Assembly (NCBI RefSeq): GCF_004010195.1
Contig: NC_057720.1
Span: 402,031-465,967 of the forward strand
Source of the DNA: Chiloscyllium plagiosum
Taxonomy: Eukaryota
DNA: 63,937 bases
Direction: 5' to 3'
Shown here: positions 25,173 to 37,449 of the stretch, piece by piece
Layout of the letters: each line of letters begins with the position of its first letter
How positions within the stretch are numbered: the first letter of the stretch is position 1
Notes under the pieces: model-generated
Seen by the model: the letters and a program-made list of their open reading frames with translations, nothing else
Database searches by the model: none
What the model was told of the DNA's origin: nothing
Made by a program: the position numbers and the translations under genes

Positions 25173-26288
25173 CCAACAGTGGGGGGAGGGAGGGTTTAAA
25201 CAGAGGTGGGGTGGGGTTACAATGTGGGTGGGCGGGGTTACAGAGTGGGGGGTGGGGCTACACTGTGGTTGGACGGTTACGCAGTGTGGGGAGGGATTAC
25301 AGAGTGGAGTGGGCTTACACAATAGGGTGGGAAGGGGCGGGGTTATACCATGGGGGCGGGGGTATTGGAGATGATTGCAGAGCTGAAGTGAATCACATAA
25401 TTACTGGAAAAGCCCTTCAGCCCATCAAATTTGCATTAAATAAACTGTTCTAAATCTGTCCCATTTTCCAGCACTTGGCCCGTAGCCTTGAACTCTATGA
25501 TATTTGAAATCCTCATCCAAGTATTTGTTAAAGTTTGTGAGGATTCTTGCCTCAACCCTACCCCCACTCCCCAGGCAGCACATTCCTGACCCCCACCAGC
25601 CTCTGGGTGAAAAACCTTTTCCATTAATCATCTCTAAACCTCCTGCCTTTACCTCAGAATGATGCTCCCTTGTTATTGACCTTTGACTGAGGGGAACAGC
25701 TGCTTTCTATCCACCCTGTCCATGTCCCTCATAACCTTATGCATCTCTATCAGGTCTCCCCTTTACCCTCCTACGTTCCAACAAAAACACCCCAAGCTTA
25801 TCGAGCGTGATGGGCTTCACCCCGTCCTTTCAGACTGTCAGTTTCAGATGCCCACAACCTTCCAGTCCCCTCTAACCCTCTCGCTCATTACCTTAAAACT
25901 GTGCCCCCGGTTACTGACCTCTCGATGAAGGGAAAGGGGTGCAATTTAAAAATAAGGGGGATGCCACTGAGGACCAAGATGAGGAGAAAGTATTTTACTC
26001 AGAGAGTTGTGAATCTTTGGAATTGTCCACCACAGAAAGCTGTTTATGGAAGCGGTTGATCAGTTTCTGATTCCCGGTGGGGGACAGGGATATGGGGATG
26101 GAAAGGGGAAAAGGCATTGAAGTGTTCAATCAAGTGTTCCATGTGTTGAATGGAAGGACAGGCTTGATGAGCTGAACAGACTACTCCTGTTTCCATTTTA
26201 CAGTGGGGAGTGAATACACAGCGAAGAGTGATTGTACAGTGGAAGGGATTCTATATTGGGATTCGTTCGCGAGTTGATAAAATCTTAC

Positions 26289-26330
26289 CGGTGCTCCCGC
26301 CAATCCAGGGGGTCCTTCTATCAGCATTCC
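26289..26330 (-). CDS. col11a1: Collagen alpha-1(XI) exon 10, 42 bp, GMLIEGPPGLAGAP
   Basis: TTTCAG|GGA ... CCG|GTAAGA. Canonical 42-bp exon of clade-B collagens. Not in the ORF track. Confidence 0.92.
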
Positions 26331-26779
26331 CTGAAACAGATCAAAGACCATCGTTAGTTTTAACTTCCCTCGTCATTGTTTTGAAGAGCTGCTGTTATTC
26401 AAACCTCTGTTTCACCCTCTTTTTGTGTCTCCTCTTCAGTGTTTCTCTTTCTCTGCTTCCCAGTCTCCATCTCTCCTCTTGCCTCCCACCCCCGGTGCCT
26501 CCCTCTCTATCACTCTCTCTCTGACATCCTTGCATTCCCATTGCTCTAAGATCATGGAGTTGTCCTGTTTGGATGATCTGTCCAGCCTGAGGGCTTGTTT
26601 GCTTGGGCTTTGTTAAGACTCTGTTTGCTCCAGTTTCCTGTGCAACTATTTGGCTAGGAGAGGCAGCACACATGGCTGCAGGAGAGCCTGTGGTTCAGTC
26701 TGACAGAGGGACCCGGTGTTCCAATTGCACTCCCAGCCTCTGATCGTGAGCGACAGCAGTGGGTGGGGTTTATACTCAC

Positions 26780-26848
26780 AGGTTCCACCACAGCAGGCTC
26801 TCCTTTCTGCCCCTTCTCTCCCAGCAGTCCGAGAGAATTTGTGTTCAC
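26780..26848 (-). CDS. col11a1: Collagen alpha-1(XI) exon 9, 69 bp, VNTNSLGLLGEKGQKGEPAVVEP
   Basis: TTGCAG|GTG ... CCT|GTGAGT. GEKGQKGEPAVVEP matches the start of the COL11A1 minor helix. Confidence 0.92.
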
Positions 26849-26934
26849 CTGCAATGAAAGAAACCACCCTTTAGAGATTCTGACATCAATAACCCTGCCT
26901 CAATGCTAAACACTCACTGCCTCGCTCACTCATT

Positions 26935-27180
26935 CACATAGAGGGAGACACAGACCACAGACAGTGAGGCACTGACACACATACACAGACACACACACAC
27001 ACTCACACACACACAGAGTGAAATGCGCACAGACACACACACACAAAGTGAGACATACATAGGCACACATACACAGAGAGAGGAAGACAGACAGACACAC
27101 AGACACACACAGACAGAGCGAGTCAGATACAGTCATATACTGACACACACTCTCCCTCTCACATAGAGACACATACAGCG
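26935..27180. repeat. (CA)/(GA)-rich microsatellite
   Basis: Interrupted CA runs just upstream of the exon 9 acceptor on the gene strand. Confidence 0.85.
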
Positions 27181-27974
27181 TTCCACTGTTTGGGTAAACA
27201 ACAGAACAAGCTCCAGTATCAATGGCACATTCTCATTGCATATACACCAGTGAAATAGCTCAGATCGGGGCATTTAATTGGAACTCGAAATAATTTCTCA
27301 GAAGAGTTTTGAATCTGATACTTACATGAAGAAAATTATGGAAAGAGATTGGAAAATAAGGGGCCACTCAGCCCATAATGTCTGTGCTGGCTCAATGAAA
27401 ACTTGATCGAATTAATCTCACTTGTGTGCTCACTCCCCCAGGCCTGAAATGATTTCCTTTTCAAATCCTTCTCCAAAGCCTCTTTGCTATCCTCCACCTG
27501 GGCTCACCTTCCCTCACCCATTCTCATCTTCCGGAAGATAGCCAGAGAATGACTCACAACCACTCTTTCTCCCACGCTGTGACTCTGATGTCCCTTGGAG
27601 ATAGTCCTTCAGCCTCCGGTATCCCTCACTAACACATCGCCCCTCAGCAACATCATCTGAAAACACTGTGTTAGATTTTTTTTACTCATTCATGTGTTGA
27701 GAAAGTGGGGGTGAGCTGCCTTCTTGAGCAATGCAGTGCAGGAGCTGTGGGTAACACCACAATGCCCTTAGGGGGGGCATTCCAGGATTCTGACCCAGCG
27801 ACACTCCCCTGCTCACACTCACCTACTCACACTCCCCTGCTCACACTCGCTTGCTCACTCCAGGAATAAAGGTTTTGAACTGAGGAAGGCGATGTGGGGT
27901 AAGGCAGGAGCCGGCTAAAGTGAACTGGCAGTGGCTACTTGCAGGAAAATCCACATCAAAGCAGTGAGAGACAT

Positions 27975-29410
27975 TCAATAAGAACATCAGAGCTAGGAGC
28001 AGGAGTAGGCCGCCTGGCCCTTCGAGCCTGTTCCACCACTCAATAAGATCATGGCTGATCTTTATGTGGTCTCAGCTCCATGTACCTGCCCTCTCACCAT
28101 ATCCCTTAATTACTTCATTGTTCTAAAATCTATCTTTGCTAAAAACGTTCAATGGAATAACCTCATCTGCTTCACTAAGCAGGGAATTCCACAGAGTCAC
28201 AACCCTCCTCAACTCAGCCCTAAATCTGATCCCCCTTATTTTGAGATTATGCCCTCAGTCCTAGTTTCACCCACCAGTGAAAACAGCCTCCCTGCTTCTA
28301 TCTTATCTAGTCCCTTCATAATGTTTCTATAAGATCCCCCCTCATTCTCTAAATTCCATTGAGTGTAATCACAGTGTACTCAGTCACTCATACAGTCATA
28401 GAGTCATAGAGATGTACAGCATGGAAATAGACCCTTCGGTCCAACCCATCCATGCCGACCAGATATCCCAACCCAATCTAGTCCCACCTGCCAGCAGCTG
28501 GCCCATATCCCTCCAAACCTTCCTATTCATATACCCATCCAAATGCCTTTTAAATGTTGCAATTGTACCAGCCTCCACCACATCCTCTGGCAGCTCATTC
28601 CATACACGTACCACCCTCTGTGTGAAAAAGTTGCCCCTTAGGTCTCTTTTATATCTTTCCCCTCTCACCCTAAACCTATGCCCTCTAGTTCTGGACTCCC
28701 TGACTCCAGTGAAAAAACTTTGTCTATTTATCCTATCCATGCCCCTCATAATTTTGTAAACCTCAATAAAGTCACCCTTCAGCCTCCGACGCTCCAGGGA
28801 AAACAGCCCCACCCTGTTCAGCCTCTCCCTGTAGTTCTAATCCTCCCACCCTGGCAACATCCTTGTAAATCTTTTCTGAACCCTTTCAAGTTTCACAACA
28901 TCTTTCCGATAGGAAGGAGACCAGAATTGCACACAATATTCCAACAGTGGCCTAACTCTTCATAAGCCAATCCTCTCAACTCTGGAATCAACCTCCGACA
29001 CACCCCCTCCAGTGCCAGTACGTCATTTCTCAAGTAAGGAGACCAAAACTGTAACATTACTTCAGGTGTGGCCTCACCAGCACCTTATACAGCTGCAGCA
29101 AAACCTCCCTATTTTTAAAATCCATCCTTTCTAACAATTTGCCGTCTTAATTACCAGTTGCATCTGATAACCAACCCTCTGTGATTCATGAGCAAGGACA
29201 CTCAGGTCCCTCTGCACAGCAGCATGCTGCAATTTTTCACCATTTATAGTCCATTTTGCTGTTATTCCGACCAAAATGGATGATTTCACAGTTATTAACA
29301 TTGTATTCCATCTGTCAGACCCTTGCCCACTCACTTAACCTCATTAACTACTCATTTTAATATCATCTGTGAACTTTGACACATTACCTTTGGTCCCCTA
29401 CTCTATATCA
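27975..29410 (-). mobile_element. CR1 3' fragment with a nested younger CR1 (about 28395-28955)
   Basis: GLFSLERRRLKGDFIEVYKIM...FFTQRVVRVWNELP and a (CTATGACT)n tail. Confidence 0.85.
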
Positions 29411-30590
29411 TCTCTGTCATAGTGAGAGTGCACGGCCAGTATGTTGGTGAAACAGTGAAGGGTGGAGCCCTGGAGATTGAGGAAAGTGCAGGATTGGATA
29501 AGGATTACAGAAGGAAGCTTATGCTGGATAATGAAGGGTACCTGAGAAGAGTCAAGAAAATATAAAGTCGCCATAATCCTATCAGACCAGAGGGCTGCTC
29601 TGTCACGCTGGACCTGGTTTAACCTGAGGGTCACCATGCCTCAGGTAAGGGGAGAGGTTGATAAGGAGAGTCCTTCATGGTAACCTCAGCTGGTGTGGGA
29701 ATTAAACCCACAGTGTTGACATCACTCTGTATCACAAACCACAGCTAACAGAGCTGGCTCAGAGTGCAGAGTGAAAGGACAAGGGGTTACTTAAAAGTGC
29801 TCATCCAAATATTTTTTGAAGGTTGTAATGTTTCCAGCCTCCGCTACCTTCCCAGGCAGCGCATTCTAGATTCCCAGCACCCACCGAGTGGAGAAGATTT
29901 TTCCCAAATCCCCTCGGAATCACCTGCCCCTTCCCCTAAAACCTCAACCCCTCATGATTGACCCCTCAACCGAGGGGAGCAGCTGCTCTCTATTCACCCT
30001 GTCCCTACCCCTCATAATCCTATATATCTCAATCATGTTCCCCCTCAATCTTCTGTGCCTATCTCGCTTCTCCTTATAGCTCAGTCTCTCAATCCCAGCC
30101 AACATCCTGATGAACCTCCTCTGTACTCCCTCTAGTGCTGTCACATCCTTCCTGTAGTGAGGTGACCAGAACGGCGCACACAACTCCAGCTTCGGCCTGA
30201 CCAATGCTTTGTATGTCTCAACATTTCCATTTTGCTCTTATACTCTGTCATAACTGATGAAAGCGAGTGTTCCATACATGCTTTCTTCCTAACTATCCTA
30301 TTCATGTGCCCTGCTTATCTCAGGGATCTGTGAATAACTACCCATGATCCCAGTGTTCCTCTGGGCGACCCAGTGTCCTGCCATTCATTAAATACTCTCT
30401 CATCTTGTTTCTTCTTCCAAACTGTATCACCTCACATTTATCAGGGTTAAATACTATCTGCCACTGATCTGCCCTTCTGACCAACCCATCTATATCTTCC
30501 TGTAACCTACAAACATTCTCTATTAACCCTTCCACCAACCTTGGTATAATCTGCAAACTTGCTTAGCATTTCCCCCAACCTTTTCATCTA

Positions 30591-30764
30591 CAATACAACC
30601 TCAATTATCCGAACGAGATGGGCGGGGAGTATTTTGTTCAGATAACCGATTGTTCAGATAACTGATCTGATCGTAAACAAAGGAAGCATTTATGAGACCT
30701 TGAGATCTTGTTCGGATAATCCGAAATTTGGATAATTGATGTTCGGATAACTAAGGTTGTTTTG
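30591..30764. mobile_element. Tc1/mariner (pogo/Tigger-like) MITE, 174 bp
   Basis: 24-bp TIRs (CAATACAACCTCAATTATCCGAAC / GTTCGGATAACTAAGGTTGTTTTG, 21/24 match) with TA on both sides. Confidence 0.8.
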
Positions 30765-31061
30765 TATATCATTTCAGTATATAACAAACAATAAGAGTCC
30801 CAGTACTGATCCTTGTGGTGCATCACTGGACACCGGCCTCCAGCCTCCTCCCACTACCCTTTGTTTCCGATCTATCTCACCAACGTTCCCACAATTCCAT
30901 GAGTTTTAACCTTCTCAGTCAGTCTCCCATGTGGGACCTTGTCAAAAGGTTTGCTAAAGTCCCGATAAACAACACCAACTGAACTTCCCTCATCCACACA
31001 CTTGATCACATTTTCAAAATCTTCTAACAAATCTATTAGGTATGACCTCTCTCTGACAAAG

Positions 31062-31185
31062 GGGAAAGTGACGACTGCAGATGCTGGAGACCAGCGTTGA
31101 GAAGGGCTTATGCCCAAAACGTCGATTCTCCTGCTCCTCGGATGCTGCCTGGCCTGCTGTGTTTTTCCAGCACCACATTTTTCAA
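31062..31185. mobile_element. PLE-derived short insertion (family A) with 15-bp TSD
   Basis: CTCTCTCTGACAAAG at 31047-31061 and 31186-31200. Confidence 0.85.
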
Positions 31186-32148
31186 CTCTCTCTGACAAAG
31201 CCATGCTGACTCTCCCTAATTAAACCATGCCTTTGCAAGTGGGAATTAATTCACTCCTCCAGAGCTTTCTCCAATAGTTTCCCTAACACTGACGCTAAAC
31301 CCACTGGCCTATAATTTCCTGGCTCATCCCTACCAGCCTTCTTTAAAAAGTGGAACCACCTTTGCCATCCTCCAGTCCGCTGGCACTTCCCCTATGGTCA
31401 GAGAGCAATTAAAACTTTGTGTCAGAGTGCCTGTAATATCCTGCCTCATCACCCACAGCAGCCTGGGATGTAATTTAATTGGGCCAGGGGATTTGTCAGT
31501 TTTTAAGCCTAACAGGGCATCCAGAACAATAGAGAGCCATTTCATATCTCAGACTGTGCAGGTTCCTCACAGTCCCTTGTCCTGAATTCCGTACCTGCGT
31601 TCTCCTTTTCCAGAGTGAAGACTGAAGAGGAGTATTTACTCAACCCCTTCCATTATCCTGCAGCTTCACACACAGGTCGCCTCCTTGGGCCCACTCTTTC
31701 CCTGGTTAATCTCTTCCCTTAATGGATTTATGAAATATTTTTGGAATTTCCCTAATCCTGTTGGTAAGTTCTTTCTCGTGTTCCCTTTTTGCCCTTCTAA
31801 TTACTTTCTGAAGTTCCCTCCTGCACTTCCTGTATTCATGTTGGGCCACAGCTGACTTGCTTCCGTCGGAATTGCTGAAAGCCTTATTCGTCTTCTTTAT
31901 GAAACCCTGCATTGTCCTAGACGTTCAGGGTCCTGACTGTGTTGTTCTGACATCTCCCTCTAAAGGGTATATATTGGGGCTGTACTCCCCCCAGTTCCTT
32001 TTTGAATGCCCCCCCCATTTGCTCTGCTGTAGACTCACCCACATGAAGCTGTTCCAATTCTACTGAGGCCAGATCCTGTTTTATTTCATTAAAATCTGCC
32101 TCCTGCCCCCAATCCAAAGCCATCTTTTGTAGGTCTTCTTTTTCCTTA

Positions 32149-32365
32149 AGGAGAAAGTGAGGTCTGCAGATGCTGGAGATCAGAGCTGAAAATATGTTGC
32201 TGGAAGAGCGCAGCAGGTCAGGCAGCATCCAAGGAACAGGAGAATCGACATTTCGGGCACAAGCCCTTCTTCAGCCCTGAAGAAGGGCTTGTGCCCGAAA
32301 CGTCGATTCTCCTGTTCCCTGGATGCTGCCTGACCTGCTGTGCTCTTCCAGCAACACATTTTCAG
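32149..32365. mobile_element. PLE-derived foldback element (family A) with 14-bp TSD and hammerhead cores on both strands
   Basis: About 90-bp inverted arms centred at 32275. CTTCTTTTTCCTTA at 32135-32148 and 32366-32379. Confidence 0.88.
32277..32304 (+). ncRNA. Minimal hammerhead ribozyme motif
   Basis: CTGAAGA-A-GGGC TTGT GCCC-GAAAC-GTC. A mirror copy on the minus strand at 32247-32274 has GAAAT. Confidence 0.6.
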
Positions 32366-32399
32366 CTTCTTTTTCCTTATCCAGAATTATACTGGTACC

Positions 32400-33860
32400 G
32401 CCCTGGTTCCTGAACTAAAGGGACACCAATATCCTGGGGGGAAATTTGCTCATGTTCTTTGGGTGGGTTTAAACGAATTCAGCAGGGGGATGGGAACCTA
32501 AACTGTAGTTTGAGTATACGGGGGCTTGAGAATAGTGAAGTCAGAACTAAGGCACCGGCAAGCAGGAAGGTGGTTTGAAGTGTGTCTACTTCAACGCCAG
32601 GAGCATCCGGAATAAGGTGGGTGAACTTGCAGCATGGTTTGGTACCTGGGACTTCGATGTTGTGGCCATTTCAGAGACATGGATAGAGCAGGGACAGGAA
32701 TGGTTGTTGCAGGTTGTTCCAGGATTTAGATCAGTATGTTGACAGGCCAACAAGGGGCGAGGCCACTTTGGATTTGGTACTGGGTAATGAACCCGGCCAG
32801 GTGATAGATTTGGAGGTAGGTGAGCACTTTGGTGATAGTGACCACAATTCGGTGATGTTTACTTTAGTGATGGAAAGGCATTGGTATATACCACAGCAAT
32901 TACGATGTGATTAGGCAAACTTGAGGATGCATAGGATGAGGAAGGAAACTGCAGGGGATGGGCACAATTGAAATGTGGAGCTTATTCAAGGAACAGCTAG
33001 TGTTGGTCCATGAGAAGTTTAATTTAGATAAATGTGAGGTGTTGCATTTTGGGAAAGCAAATCTTAGCAGGACTTATACACTTAATGGTAAGATCCAAGA
33101 GAGTGTTGCTGAACAAAGAGACCTTGGAGTGCAGGTTCATAGCTCCTTGAAAATAGAGTTGCAGGTAGATAGGATAGTGAAGAAGGTGTTTGGTATGCTT
33201 TTCTTAATTGGTCAGAGTATTAAATACAGGAGTTGGGAGGTCATGTTGCAGCTGTACAGGACATTGGTTAGGCCACTGTTGGAATATTGCGTGTAATTCT
33301 GGTCTCCTTCCTATCAGAAGGATGATGTGAAACTTGAAAGGGTTCAGAAAAGATTTACAAGGATATTGTCAGGGTTGGAGGATTTATAGGGAGAGGTCTG
33401 TAAGGTATGATTCAGTGAGTATGACTATGTCAGACTAGTGCTTGACTGGTCAAAGAATCATGGAGTCATAGGGATGTACAGCACGGAAACAGACCCTTCG
33501 GTCCAACCTGTCCATGCAGACCAGATAACCCAATCCAATCTAGTCCCACCTGCCAGCACCCGGCCCATATCCTTCCAAACCCTTCCTATTCATATACCCA
33601 TCCAAATGCCTTTTAAATGCTGTAATTGTACCAGCCTCCACCACATCATCTGGCAGCTCATTCCATACATGTACCACCCTCTGTGTGAAAAAGTTGTCCC
33701 TTCGGTATCTTTTATATCTTTCCCCTCTCACCTTAAACCTATGCCCTCCAGTTCTGGACTCCCCTACTCCAGGGAAAAGACCTTGGCTATTTATTCTATC
33801 CACGCCCCTCATGATTTTTTTAGGTCATCCCTCAGCTCCCAACACTCCAGAGAATAATGT
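32400..33860. mobile_element. CR1 fragments (plus about 32400-33400, minus about 33455-33860)
   Basis: YFNARSIRNK, PTRGEATLDLVL, LVRPLLEYCV, and a separate inverted 3' end. Confidence 0.85.
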
Positions 33861-33949
33861 CCCACATCCTGAGAGTATATGGCACCAGTCATAGTCTTGA
33901 CAATTACCCAACCCATTTCTGTCCATTTCCCATCTTGCTGCATCCACTT

Positions 33950-34095
33950 CATCCCATACCATCCACCAAATTACCATCCCATACCATCCACCAAATTACC
34001 ATCGTGTACCATCCACCAAATTACCATCCTGTACCATCCACCAAATTACCATCGTGTACCATCCACCAAATTACCATCCCGTACCATCCACCGAA
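33950..34095. repeat. 25-bp minisatellite (TACCATCCACCAAATTACCATCSYR)
   Basis: About 5.5 copies. Confidence 0.88.
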
Positions 34096-34454
34096 CGTTG
34101 TACCACCAGGAAATGTGAAGAAATTACACAGAGCCCGAGCCCTTTAGATACCGAAACCATTGGTATCAATTGGAAATGGGTGATCCTCGCCATGGCACTT
34201 ACACTGGCACAGAGGAGAAGGTCACTGACCTCTCCCTACCTCACTGGGCATTCCTGCAGACACTGAGAGTGAACCCTGGGAGAGAGCGGGGAGGGGGGGA
34301 GAGGGGAGGGTGTGTTGGGGGGAGGGCGTGTTGGGGAGGGGATGTGTTCCTTTTCCTTTATTTTTCTTCTATTTTCTGCAGTTTTTCTTCCCACCCCGCT
34401 CCCCCAGCTCCAAAACGTCTAACTTCTTGAATTCACCCAGAGGGAATGGTCGAA

Positions 34455-34810
34455 AAGTGTGGCACTGGAAAAGCACAGCAGGAGATGAGCAGGAGAGTCG
34501 ATGTTTCAGGCATAAACCCTTCATCAGGAATATGGGAGGGAAGGGGGCTGAGAGATAAACTGAGAGAGAGTCTGGGGCTGGGGCTGAGTGGAAATGGGAA
34601 GGCGACAGATAGATGCAGATGGGGGTTGATAGTAATAGTCTGGGGGGGGGTGCAGCAGATAGGTGAAAGGGAAGATGGACAGGTGGCACAGTTCAAGAGG
34701 GAGGTGCTGGGTTGGAGGATTGGAATGAGGCAGAGGGAGGGGAGATAAGAAAACTGGCAAAATCGACATTGATACCGTAGGGTTCGAGGGTCCCAAAACG
34801 GAAGATAAAG
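34455..34810 (-). mobile_element. PLE (family A) 3' end with GIY-YIG C-terminus and degenerate hammerhead
   Basis: Minus strand reads IFRFGTLEPYGINVDFASF, then a C-rich UTR and CTGATGAAGGGTTTATGCCTGAAAC. Confidence 0.75.
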
Positions 34811-34970
34811 CTCAGAGAAAAATATCCACCTCTATCATCCTGTGCTTTTAAAGTGGAAATTTACTTTGACTCCACATAGTTTTGTCAGACAATGGTTATT
34901 CAAATGAAGATAATCACGTCCAAGTATCACACTAATGTTGCAGGTACCCATTTGATAGACTGTATATGAC

Positions 34971-35117
34971 AAGAAGAAAGTGAGGACTGCAGATGTTGGA
35001 GAGTCAGAGTCAAAAAGGGTGACGCTGAAAAAGGAGGAGAATCGGTGTTTAGGGCATAAGGCCATTTCTTGATGCTGCCTGACCTGCTGTGCTTTTCCAG
35101 CACCACACCTTTTGAGT
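34971..35117. mobile_element. PLE-derived short insertion (family A) with 11-bp TSD
   Basis: CTGTATATGAC at 34960-34970 and 35118-35128. Confidence 0.78.
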
Positions 35118-35197
35118 CTGTATATGACTAGCAGTCTCAAACCACAAAACCTCCAGGCTTCAACGTGTTGATAAATAATTTGCAGTTATCGGTATTT

Positions 35198-36920
35198 GGA
35201 ACACAGAACATTACAGCGCAGTACAGGCCCTTCGGCCCTCGATGTTGCGCAGCCCTGTCATACCAATCTGAAGCCCATCTAACCTACACTATTCCATTTA
35301 CGTCCATATGCCTGTCCAATGACGACTTAAATGTACTTAAACTTGGCGAATCTACTACCATTGCAGGCAAAGCATTCCATACCCTTACTACTCTCTGAGT
35401 AAAGAAACTACCTCTGACACCTGTCTTGTACCTATCTCCCCTCACTTTAAATTTGTGTTCCCTCGTGTTTGCTGTCCCCACACTTGTCCGCATTAAACTC
35501 CATTTGCCAGCTCTCAGCCCAGCTCTGCAGCTTATCTATGTCTCTCTGTAACCTACATCCTTCGTCACTATCCACAACTCGTGGGCGGCACGGTGGCACA
35601 GTGGTTAGCACTGCTGCCTCGCAGCGCCAGAGACCCGGGTTCAATTCCCGTCTCAGGCGACTNNNNNNNNNNNNNNNNNNNNNNNNNNNNNNNNNNNNNN
35701 NNNNNNNNNNNNNNNNNNNNNNNNNNNNNNNNNNNNNNNNNNNNNNGTATGGGTGGGTTACGCTTCGGCGGGTCGGTGTGGACTTGTTGGGCCGAAGGGC
35801 CTGTTTCCACACTGTAACGTAATCTAATCTAATCTAATCTAAAACTCCACCAACCATAATGTCATCTGCAAATTTACTAACCCACCCTTCTACGCCCTCA
35901 TCCAGGTCGTTTATAAAAATGATGAACAGCAGTGGACCCAACACCGACCCTTGTGGTACACTACTGGTAACTGGACTCCAGAATGAACATTTCCCATCAA
36001 CCACCACCCTCTGTCTTCTTTCAGCAAGCCAATTACTGATCCAAACTGCTATATCTCCCACAATCCCTTTCCTCCGCATTTTGTACAATAGCCTACTGTG
36101 GAGGACCTTATCGAACGCCTTGCTGAAATCCATATACATCATGACCCATAGTGTTAGGTAAGGGGTAAATGTAGGGGTATGGGTGGGTTGCGCTTCGGCG
36201 GGGCGGTGTGGACTTGTTGGGCCGAAGGGCCTGTTTCCACACTGTAAGTAATCTAATCTAATCTAATCAACCGGTTTACTCTCATCTATTTGTTTGGTCA
36301 CCTTCTCAAAGGTTTGTGAGGCACGACCTACCTTTCACAAAACCGTGATGACTATCCCTAATCAAATAATTCTTTTCTAGATGATTATAAATCCTATCTC
36401 TTATAACCTTTTCCAACACTTTACCAACAACTGAAGAAAGGCTCACTGGTCTATAATTACCAGGGTTGTCCCTACTCCCCTTCTTGAACAGGGGAACCAC
36501 ATTTGCTATCCTCCAGTCTTCTGGCACTATTCCNNNNNNNNNNNNNNNNNNNNNNNNNNNNNNNNNNNNNNNNNNNNNNNNNNNNNNNNNNNNNNNNNNN
36601 NNNNNNNNNNNNNNNNNNNNNNNNNNNNNNNNNNNNNNNNNNNNNNNNNNNNNNNNNNNNNNNNNNNNNNNNNNNNNNNNNNNNNNNNNNNNNNNNNNNN
36701 NNNNNNNNNNNNNNNNNNNNNNNNNNNNNNNNNNNNNNNNNNNNNNNNNNNNNNNTCTCTCTTTAGGTCTTTCCTGGCTACCTTGTAACCCTCAAGCGCC
36801 CTAACTGAGCCTTCACATCTCATCCTAACATAAGCCTTCTTCTTCCTCTTGACCAGGGATTCCACTTCCTTTGTAATCCACAGCTCCAGCGCTCTACAGC
36901 TTCCTCCTGCCTGACAGGTA
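35198..36920 (-). mobile_element. CR1 LINE ORF2 with inserted SINE pieces and N-gaps
   Basis: [43 protein letters not shown]. Confidence 0.88.
35583..35842 (+). mobile_element. HE1-type tRNA-derived SINE (partly gapped); a further 3' piece at about 36140-36268
   Basis: A box TGGCACAGTGG, B box GGTTCAATTCC, and a (TAATC)n tail. Confidence 0.85.
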
Positions 36921-37449
36921 CTAGAGTGAATCATTTCCCTTAACTTCTGCATCAAAAGCTCTCAACAACTTGGAAACTCCATTCAGTCCCTCTCAGTCCT
37001 CCTTATATCCCCGTTGACTCCTCATACACTGAGCTGACCCCAGTGCATTGTTTTCACTGACAACATTACTCACTCAACACATGATCGGCTCCAACACTGT
37101 CTAGAACCTTCTTTACCTTTCTAACTCAAAAGAAAGAAGCAGAATGTTTCCTTCACGTCCCTCCCTTTTCAGTTCCAGTGACAGCGTCTCAGACACAGAG
37201 GATCATGTTTACTGTTACTAATCCCATCCTGGTCACTTCCTTGGTGTTGCTCCTGCCATCGGTTTCCAGGGTGGGGGATTGTTTGCTGGGGCTTTGCTGA
37301 CCAGGTGCTCCATTGAGGAACACAAGGCCAGGGAGCAGCAAGGTTCACCCCCCAGCACCTGCCAGCCAATCCCAGGACAATGGGCACTGCCCCTGGGAGG
37401 GATTGACAATCCTGGTACAGCACAGTGAAGCAGAAACCATACCATCCAG

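Larger units (their letters stand above)
29790..32390 (-). mobile_element. Degenerate CR1 LINE ORF2 interrupted by a MITE and two PLE insertions
   Basis: VRPKLELCAPFWSP, DFSKPFDKVPH, KSPGP, DWRMAKVVPLFK in collinear order. Confidence 0.85.
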
